From: Rickettsiales bacterium
Lineage (GTDB): Bacteria; Pseudomonadota; Alphaproteobacteria; TMED109
Assembly (NCBI GenBank): GCA_002689905.1
Contig: NZIN01000028.1
Span: 1-36,620, forward strand
Length of the DNA: 36,620 bases
Direction of reading: 5' to 3'
Shown here: positions 30,304 to 36,620 of the stretch, piece by piece
Numbering within the stretch: position 1 is the stretch's first letter
Layout of the letters: each line of letters opens with the position of its first letter
Made by a program: the position numbers and the translations under genes
Notes under the pieces: generated by a model
The model's input: the letters and a program-made list of their open reading frames with translations, nothing else
Told to the model about the DNA's origin: nothing
Databases searched by the model: none

Positions 30304-30864
30304 ATAGCAAGAGAGAATCATGCGTCAAACGCGGGTCCACGCGTGAATAAAGAAATTTTTATTGATCCAGTAAGGTTAATTGATAACAAAGGCAAAATGT
30401 TAGGTGTGGTAAAACTTAATAAGGCTCTAGAAATCGCTGAGAGTGCAGGACTAGACTTAGTAGAGGTGTCTCCTAATGCAAAACCACCAGTTTGTAAAAT
30501 ATTAGATCATGGAAAGTACAAATTCGAAGCTCAAAAAAAAGCAGCTAAAGCTAGAAAAAAACAAAAAGTTATTGATATTAAAGAAGTAAAGTTTAGACCT
30601 AATATAGATACTAATGATTTTAATATTAAAACCAAAAATGTTATAAAGTTCTTATCTGCGGGAGATAAAGTAAAAATTACACTAAGATACAGAGGAAGAG
30701 AGATGGCTCACAGAGACTTAGGTATTAATATTTTAAAAAAAATAAAAGATGAAACCTTATCATATGCTAAAGTGGAGTTAGAACCAAAGTTAGAAGGAAG
30801 ACAAGCCGTCATGATATTAGCCCCGGAAGATAAAAGTAATAAAGAAAAAAATATTGGTAAATAA
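30304..30864 (+). CDS. infC: Translation initiation factor IF-3 (start reassigned to ATA 30304; track gives GTG 30343)
   Basis: [43 protein letters not shown]; the upstream in-frame extension restores the conserved GPRVN motif. Confidence 0.95.
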   Translation: MARENHASNAGPRVNKEIFIDPVRLIDNKGKMLGVVKLNKALEIAESAGLDLVEVSPNAKPPVCKILDHGKYKFEAQKKAAKARKKQKVIDIKEVKFRPNIDTNDFNIKTKNVIKFLSAGDKVKITLRYRGREMAHRDLGINILKKIKDETLSYAKVELEPKLEGRQAVMILAPEDKSNKEKNIGK

Positions 30865-30867
30865 AAC

Positions 30868-30895
30868 TTGATTTGCTTTATATTTTTAATATAGT
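30868..30895 (+). promoter_or_regulatory. Possible sigma70-type internal promoter for rpmI-rplT
   Basis: TTGATT-N16-TATAGT in the 50-bp infC-rpmI gap; the AT-rich background weakens the call. Confidence 0.35.
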
Positions 30896-30914
30896 GTTCA
30901 TTTACGGGAATATT

Positions 30915-31112
30915 ATGCCAAAGATTAAAAATAAGAGTGGAGCAAAGAAAAGATTTTCTTTTACTAGTACAGGTAAGGTGAAAGTAGGTCAAGCCGGAAA
31001 AAGACATGGCATGATAAAAAGAACCAATAAATTTGTGAGAAACGCTAGAGGCACTACTATTCTAGCTAAGGCTGATGAAAAGATAATTAAGAGAAACTTT
31101 TTAAGAAGTTAA
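30915..31112 (+). CDS. rpmI: 50S ribosomal protein L35 (start ATG 30915)
   Basis: [19 protein letters not shown]...AGKRH. Confidence 0.96.
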   Translation: MPKIKNKSGAKKRFSFTSTGKVKVGQAGKRHGMIKRTNKFVRNARGTTILAKADEKIIKRNFLRS

Positions 31113-31123
31113 ATAGGTGAGAA

Positions 31124-31471
31124 ATGGCAAGAGTTAAAAGGGGTGTTACTAAACATGCCAGGCATAAAAAGGTTCTAGCTGCAGCTAAGGGCGCACGCGG
31201 TAGGCAAAAAAATACTTTTAGAGCTGCTATACAAAGAGTTGAAAAAAATAGACAGTATGCCTATAGAGATAGAAGAAACAAAAAAAGAGATTTCAGAAAA
31301 CTTTGGATTTTGAGAATAAATGCTTCCTGTAGATCACATAATATAAGATATTCTGAGTTTATGCATTTACTTCAAAAAAATAATATAGAGATGGATAGAA
31401 AGGTTTTAGCACACATTGCCTTTCATGAACCAAACACATTTAAATCAATTGTGAACCAAGTTAGAAAATAG
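31124..31471 (+). CDS. rplT: 50S ribosomal protein L20
   Basis: [39 protein letters not shown]; AGGTGA SD. Confidence 0.98.
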   Translation: MARVKRGVTKHARHKKVLAAAKGARGRQKNTFRAAIQRVEKNRQYAYRDRRNKKRDFRKLWILRINASCRSHNIRYSEFMHLLQKNNIEMDRKVLAHIAFHEPNTFKSIVNQVRK

Positions 31472-31493
31472 TTATCTGGGCTCGGAGAGTACT

Positions 31494-32570
31494 ATAACAG
31501 ATATAATAAAAAAAGCTAAGGAACTTAGCCTTAAAATTGATAGAAACCTCAAAAATGTAAAAAATTTACAAGAACTAGAACTTATCAAGGTTAACTATAC
31601 TGGTAAGAAAGGTGTTTTTACATCTTTGTTAAGGTCCTTAAGCTCACTTGATAATCAAAAAAAAGCTATTGCAGGTAAATCATTAAATTTATTTAAATCA
31701 GATATTGAACATAAAATTAATAGTAAGAAAGAGGATTTAAAAAAATTAAAATTAAATGAAAGCCTTATAAAAGATAAAATAGATATTACACTGCCCGCGA
31801 GACCCATTAGGCAAGGAGGTATTCATCCTATATCAAAAACAATTGATGAGATAGTAAGTATTATGGGGTCTTTAGGCTTTAATGTAGAAGAGGGCCCTCA
31901 TATTGAGGATGATTATTACAACTTTACAGCACTTAATATTCCTGAGGAACATCCAGCTAGACAAGAACATGACACGTTTTATTTAAATGGTAAGCATAAG
32001 AAAAAGTTACTCAGAACTCATACCTCTCCTGTTCAGATTAGAACTATGAAAGAAAAAGTTCCACCAATTAAAATTATAGTACCAGGTAGTACTTATAGGT
32101 GTGATGATGATGCTACTCATTCACCAATGTTTCATCAAATAGAGGGATTAGTAGTTGATGAGAATATATCAATGGCTAACTTAAAATGGGTTATAAAAAA
32201 ATTATTATCTTCTTTTTTCAATGTAAAAAGTCTTCCTATGAGGTTTAGGCCGTCTTATTTTCCTTTTACCGAACCTTCAGCAGAAGTAGATATTGGATGT
32301 TCTATAGATAATGGAAAATTAGTAATTGGTGAAGGTAAGGATTGGTTAGAAGTACTTGGCTGTGGTATAATCAATCCACATGTTTTTGAAAATTGTACAA
32401 TAGACACAAAAAAGTATAGCGGTTTTGCTTTTGGTTTGGGAGTAGAAAGATTCGCAATGCTAAAATATGGTATTACAGATTTAAGAATGTTTTATGAGAA
32501 TGATCATAGATGGTTAAAATACCATAGCTTTATACCTAAAGGTTTTCCTAATATTCTAAAAGGTTTATAA
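31494..32570 (+). CDS. pheS: Phenylalanine--tRNA ligase alpha subunit (start reassigned to ATA 31494; track gives TTG 31626)
   Basis: G.IHP, NFTALNIP..HPAR..HDTFY, LRTHTSPVQ, THSPMFHQ.EG, RPSYFPFTEPS; the frame stays open upstream and encodes the N-terminal ELE.IKV.Y.GKKG motif. Confidence 0.95.
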   Translation: MTDIIKKAKELSLKIDRNLKNVKNLQELELIKVNYTGKKGVFTSLLRSLSSLDNQKKAIAGKSLNLFKSDIEHKINSKKEDLKKLKLNESLIKDKIDITLPARPIRQGGIHPISKTIDEIVSIMGSLGFNVEEGPHIEDDYYNFTALNIPEEHPARQEHDTFYLNGKHKKKLLRTHTSPVQIRTMKEKVPPIKIIVPGSTYRCDDDATHSPMFHQIEGLVVDENISMANLKWVIKKLLSSFFNVKSLPMRFRPSYFPFTEPSAEVDIGCSIDNGKLVIGEGKDWLEVLGCGIINPHVFENCTIDTKKYSGFAFGLGVERFAMLKYGITDLRMFYENDHRWLKYHSFIPKGFPNILKGL

Positions 32571-34945
32571 TGAAGTTTTCTCTTTCATGGTTGAATGAAC
32601 ATATTAAAATAAAAAAAATACCAGAACAAATTTCTGAGGCACTTACAGGTTTAGGTCTAGAAGTTGAAAGAATAGAAAGCCTAAATCAAAATTTTGAAGA
32701 TTTTTATGTTTGTGAGATTATCAAATCTTACAAGCATCCTAATGCTGATCGATTAAAAATATGTGAGATTTCAGATGGTTTAAAAAAGTTTAAAGTAGTT
32801 TGTGGAGCAACTAATGCAGTTACTGGTTTGAAAACAATATTTGCTCCTAACGGTACATATATTCCAGGGACAAATTTTAAGCTAGAAAAAAAAAATATTA
32901 GAGGAGTAGAAGGTGATGGAATGCTTTGTTCTGAAAAAGAACTTGGTTTACCAGAAAAAATTGATGGGATTATAGAGCTTGGAAAAAAATATAAAATTGG
33001 GGAGAATTTTAGAAAGTATATTGAAGACGAAATTATTTTTAATATAGGGTTAACTCCAAATAGAGGAGATTGTTCTTCTGTAAGAGGTATAGCTAGAGAT
33101 TTGTCAGCAAAGTTTAATTTAAAATTAATAGACCGTAAAATAAATAATAAAAAAGGTTCTTTCAAAAGTAGAATCAGCTGGGATTTGAAGAAACTAGAAA
33201 ATAAAAATGATTGTCCCTTAATTTATGGAAGACACTTTATAATTAATAAAAACTTAGAAAGCCCATACTGGTTAAAAATGAAGTTGAAGTCTATAGGTCT
33301 AAAACCAATTTCTAGCTTAGTTGATATTACAAATTTTGTTTTATACGATATAGGAAGACCCTTACATGTTTTTGATGTAAGAAAATTAGAAGGAGATTTG
33401 AGAGTAGTTTGTTTATCAGATGAAGAAAAATTTATTGGGTTAGATAAAAAAGAATATCAATTGAAAAAAGGAGATATTGTAATAAAAGATAGCAAGAAAA
33501 CTGTAAGTCTTGCTGGTATAATGGGAGGTTATAATAGTTGTGTTGATGAAAATACAGATGAAGTCTTTTTAGAGGTAGCCTATTTTTGCTCAAAAAAAAT
33601 TGCTCAAACTGGAAGTAGACTTGGAATAGTATCAGATGCTAGGTATAGGTTTGAAAGAGGTATAGATTATAATGGGTTAATTGAAGGTTTAGAATATAGC
33701 ACAAAGCTAATTTTAGATATTTGTGGAGGAACGTTTAGCACATATACCTTATCAGGAAAAACAACCTTTCCACAAAATAGAATAACATATAATTTTGGAC
33801 TTTTTAATAAGTTGGTTGGGTATAGTCTTAACTCTAGAAAGCAAGTAGATTTGTTGAAGAGTTTGAAGTTTGATATAACTCAAAAGGATAAAAATAATAT
33901 TTATGTCAAACCACCATCATGGAGAAATGATATAAGGCTTGGCAATGATATTGTAGAAGAAATATTAAGATTAGACGGTTATTATAATATTCCTGAAAAA
34001 CAAATTGGAAACCAAATAAACTTCACTAAGAACATATTTTCTAATATCAAAGATGTCCAATTTCAAGTTAGAGAATCTTTAGCTCGATTAGGTTTATATG
34101 AAGTTATAACCTTTTCATTCATATCAGAAAAAAAAGTAATTCCAGTTAGTGCTATTAATCAAGAACTAAAATTAGAAAATCCTATATCTAGTGAATTAGG
34201 GATTATGAGAAACTCATTATTTCCAAACCTCCTAGATATAGCTTCAAGAAATTTTTCTCGAGGAATAGAATCTACGGAAATATTTGAAGTAGGTTTCACC
34301 TATGATGGGGTTGAGCCTTCAAACCAAAATTCAAGCTTCGCTTTACTACTTTCTGGTAGCACATCAAAAAAGACTTGGCATAATCCTAGAAGAAATTATG
34401 ACTTTTTTGATATGAAATCAATTATAAATGCTTTATTTGAAGAGTTATTAATTGTAGGTATTGAATATAAAAGAAGCAAAAATGACTGGTTCCATCCTGG
34501 TATTTCTACAGATCTTTTTTATAAAGGAAAACTAATATTAAGTTTTGGCGAGATTCATCCAAATTTAAAGAGTTTATTTAAAATAAAACAATCTCCCATT
34601 ATTTGTGAAGGTAATCTAGAAAATATTAAGCTTATAAAACCTTCTAAAAAACCTATAGTATTATCACCTTTCTTACCATTAAAGAAAGACTTTGCTTTTA
34701 TATTGAATTTTGAGGACAATGTACAAAAAGTTATTGATGCAATAAAGGAAGTAGATGAAAATATAGGAGAAATAACAATATTTGATGTTTACAAGAATAA
34801 TCAAAACAACAATGTGTCAATTGGAGTTGAAGTAGAGCTTATTCAAAAAGATAAAGTTTTAGACTCACAGGAAATAAGCTTTATAATGAGTAAAATTATC
34901 GATTTTGTTGAAAAAAAAGCTGGATCTAAACTCAGAATTAATTGA
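32570..34945 (+). CDS. pheT: Phenylalanine--tRNA ligase beta subunit
   Basis: [57 protein letters not shown]. Confidence 0.97.
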   Translation: MKFSLSWLNEHIKIKKIPEQISEALTGLGLEVERIESLNQNFEDFYVCEIIKSYKHPNADRLKICEISDGLKKFKVVCGATNAVTGLKTIFAPNGTYIPGTNFKLEKKNIRGVEGDGMLCSEKELGLPEKIDGIIELGKKYKIGENFRKYIEDEIIFNIGLTPNRGDCSSVRGIARDLSAKFNLKLIDRKINNKKGSFKSRISWDLKKLENKNDCPLIYGRHFIINKNLESPYWLKMKLKSIGLKPISSLVDITNFVLYDIGRPLHVFDVRKLEGDLRVVCLSDEEKFIGLDKKEYQLKKGDIVIKDSKKTVSLAGIMGGYNSCVDENTDEVFLEVAYFCSKKIAQTGSRLGIVSDARYRFERGIDYNGLIEGLEYSTKLILDICGGTFSTYTLSGKTTFPQNRITYNFGLFNKLVGYSLNSRKQVDLLKSLKFDITQKDKNNIYVKPPSWRNDIRLGNDIVEEILRLDGYYNIPEKQIGNQINFTKNIFSNIKDVQFQVRESLARLGLYEVITFSFISEKKVIPVSAINQELKLENPISSELGIMRNSLFPNLLDIASRNFSRGIESTEIFEVGFTYDGVEPSNQNSSFALLLSGSTSKKTWHNPRRNYDFFDMKSIINALFEELLIVGIEYKRSKNDWFHPGISTDLFYKGKLILSFGEIHPNLKSLFKIKQSPIICEGNLENIKLIKPSKKPIVLSPFLPLKKDFAFILNFEDNVQKVIDAIKEVDENIGEITIFDVYKNNQNNNVSIGVEVELIQKDKVLDSQEISFIMSKIIDFVEKKAGSKLRIN

Positions 34946-35228
34946 ATTGTCTAAATACCTTTACACAAATTAATATTAATAAAATCAAACCAGAAAATAA
35001 AACAAAATTAATCTCTAAAAATAATAAGATAACTTTAAAAAAATTTATGCCAATTGAGTTAAATAAATCAAAATTACTTTCTATATATTTTTGAAACCCT
35101 ACTAAACTATTAGCATTTATAAAATACCAGAGATCTCCAACAGAAAAGTTAGGAAAATTAATACTACAAATAATTAGGCTGTTGCTTAGGAAAAATAATA
35201 TAATAAAAAGTTTTTTTTTTTTTAACAT
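34938..35228 (-). CDS. Small two-TM membrane protein of unknown function (start likely ATG 35228 rather than 35255)
   Basis: Fills the pheT-tRNA gap; two hydrophobic segments flank [20 protein letters not shown]; ATG 35255 lies only 16 bp from the divergent tRNA. Confidence 0.65.
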   Translation of the reverse strand: MLKKKKLFIILFFLSNSLIICSINFPNFSVGDLWYFINANSLVGFQKYIESNFDLFNSIGINFFKVILLFLEINFVLFSGLILLILICVKVFRQFN

Positions 35229-35271
35229 GGTGTTATTTATATTAATATATATCATTTTAAATAAAAAAAAA

Positions 35272-35361
35272 GGAGAGGTGGCCGAGCGGTCGAAGGCGCA
35301 CGCCTGGAACGCGTGTATGCGAGCAATCGTATCGAGGGTTCGAATCCCTCTCTCTCCGCCA
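35272..35361 (+). tRNA. tRNA-Ser(GGA)
   Basis: GGAGAGGTGGCCGAGCGGTCGAAGGCG-CACGC CTGGAAC GCGTG-long variable arm-GAGGGTTCGAATCCCTC-TCTCTCCGCCA; 90 nt, encoded CCA. Confidence 0.97.
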
Positions 35362-35366
35362 GCAAT

Positions 35367-36527
35367 TTATTTTTTTACTATATCTTTAGAAAAATTAGAT
35401 ATGAATTGATAAAGATTTTGATTTGAATTTTCTAATACTAATTTCTTATTAACTATCAATGATCCTCTTTTTGCTTCATATATTTTTAAATTAAGTAAAC
35501 TGGAACCTTTCTCATCATAAATAATTCCATTAATAACAAATGAAGCATTAGACTCTGTTGCAATCAACATAACTTCAGGTGGATTAAGATTTTCTGACCC
35601 TTGAGGTGTTTTAACTACTGCTAAATCGTTTTGTTCTAAAATGGTACTGTCTATTAAAGATACAATTTCATCAATTTTACTGCCATTAAGTATTTTTGAT
35701 TGGTTTTGAAATTGCATTAGCGCTAAAATAATATTACCAGCACCCGCAACCTCATTGCTAGTGGATAAGTTGTCTTGATTAGATCTAAAACTCTCTAAAA
35801 CACTTTTAGAATTATCGGTATATTCTATTTTTTGAGAAAAATTATTTTTAAAATAAATAAAGCTTATTAGAATAAGTATTAAAATAACTGAAAGCGAAAC
35901 CAAATAAAATTTATTTATTTTTTTAAAAGAAAAATTATTAGAAGTTATATTCTCAGATGTCATTTGACTAGTATATACTTTAATTTTTTTAGCTATGTTT
36001 TTAAGTTTTTTTTCTCCCTGATATTTAAAATTTATATCAACTTTGTCTTCTACTTCTTGAAAAACCTTTTCTGATATTGTAATTTCTCCAGGGGCTGATA
36101 TTGATTCTAACCTTGCTGCTATATTTACATTGTCTCCATATAAGTTATCATCTTGGGTCATTATGTCTCCAAGATTAATGCCTATCCTAAATTCTATTGC
36201 AATATTATCTTTAACTTCTTTTGCTTTAGCACTAACTTCTTTTTGAATATTGATTGCAGTTTCTAGCGCATCAACGGGGCTTGCAAATTCAGCCATAATA
36301 GAATCACCGGCTGTAGAAAATATTCTGCCATTAAAGTCACCTATGATCTTGTCAGTAATTTTTCTGGTTTCCTTTAATCTAAATAATGTTAATTTTTCAT
36401 TGTAAGCCATAAGCTTACTGTATCCTACTACATCAGCTGCAAAGATGGCAGCCATCTTCCTCTTTGCACCTTCAGCAGTTTTATTGTCCTTATCTAAAAC
36501 AAATACATTTTTATTGCTTTCTGGCAT
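35367..36527 (-). CDS. Class III nucleotidyl cyclase with TM helix and C-terminal TolB-N-like domain
   Basis: AIFAADVVGYS, AGDS, FRIGINLGD, GDNVNIAARLE, LKNI; TM FYLVSLSVILILILISFIYF; C-terminal LALMQFQNQS / ASFVINGII pattern. Confidence 0.88.
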   Translation of the reverse strand: MPESNKNVFVLDKDNKTAEGAKRKMAAIFAADVVGYSKLMAYNEKLTLFRLKETRKITDKIIGDFNGRIFSTAGDSIMAEFASPVDALETAINIQKEVSAKAKEVKDNIAIEFRIGINLGDIMTQDDNLYGDNVNIAARLESISAPGEITISEKVFQEVEDKVDINFKYQGEKKLKNIAKKIKVYTSQMTSENITSNNFSFKKINKFYLVSLSVILILILISFIYFKNNFSQKIEYTDNSKSVLESFRSNQDNLSTSNEVAGAGNIILALMQFQNQSKILNGSKIDEIVSLIDSTILEQNDLAVVKTPQGSENLNPPEVMLIATESNASFVINGIIYDEKGSSLLNLKIYEAKRGSLIVNKKLVLENSNQNLYQFISNFSKDIVKK

Positions 36528-36551
36528 AATATTATTGTAGTAATTTTCTAA

Positions 36552-36620
36552 TTAAATAAAAGATTTATTTCTTATGGTTTCAGTAGTTTTATATAATCCA
36601 CAAATTCCTCCTAATACTGG
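36552..36620 (-). CDS. Possible 3' end of an upstream gene truncated by the window edge
   Basis: Open frame PVLGGICGLYKTTETIRNKSFI* ending 24 bp before the cyclase start; too short to identify. Confidence 0.35.
   Translation of the reverse strand, partial: PVLGGICGLYKTTETIRNKSFI

Noticed and set aside
30873-30914. 14-codon N-terminal extension of rpmI in the ORF track
   Set aside because: L35 begins at MPK (ATG 30915); the extension covers intergenic, promoter-like DNA
31472-31625. pheS as a 5'-truncated pseudogene, or a pheM-type attenuator in the apparent 154-bp gap
   Set aside because: The gap is in-frame PheS coding sequence without stops; no Phe-rich leader or terminator is present
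28303-33165. ORFs 28303-28509, 29958-30203, 30708-31007 and 32728-33165
   Set aside because: Antisense to the glycosyltransferases, infC/rpmI and pheT; no motifs
35182-35409. 75-aa + strand ORF
   Set aside because: It is a translation running through tRNA-Ser
1125-36527. Pycsar/CBASS-type defence operon formed by the cyclase, CNB protein and MBL hydrolase
   Set aside because: The parts are about 33 kb apart, the CNB protein has no TIR or TM effector, and the cyclase architecture resembles signalling cyclases; kept only as a signalling hypothesis
1-36620. CRISPR array, IS/integrase, prophage, rRNA or recoded genetic code
   Set aside because: No regularly spaced repeats or mobile-element genes seen; the window is almost fully tiled by full-length genes under the standard code, with TGA acting as a stop (trpB, trpA, queG)

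Overview
Very AT-rich (roughly 25-30% GC by eye), gene-dense chromosomal segment of a streamlined alphaproteobacterium, consistent with a marine planktonic lineage (inferred from composition and gene order). It is mostly core genome: TIGR02300/tRNA-Ala; aroA-cmk-rpsA-ihfB-lapA-pyrF-trpFBA-accD-folC; a long minus-strand run rnd-kdsD-lptCAB-ptsN-ahcY-tsaE-amgK-murU-sbcB-trxA; NDUFA9-like/uppP/fzlA-queG; LPS glycosyltransferases; infC-rpmI-rplT-pheST; and tRNA-Ser. I saw no mobile element, CRISPR array, rRNA or clear defence island, and no clearly new multi-gene system. Best leads: (1) both infC and pheS appear to start at ATA codons behind Shine-Dalgarno motifs; (2) exonuclease I (sbcB) occupies the slot normally held by addBA; (3) two conserved alphaproteobacterial clusters are joined at a degenerate ptsN, with rpoN/hpf and the other PTS genes absent; (4) possible cyclic-nucleotide signalling parts lie at both ends, a metallo-beta-lactamase-fold hydrolase plus stand-alone cNMP-binding protein at the left and a class III cyclase with non-canonical base-specificity residues at the right.
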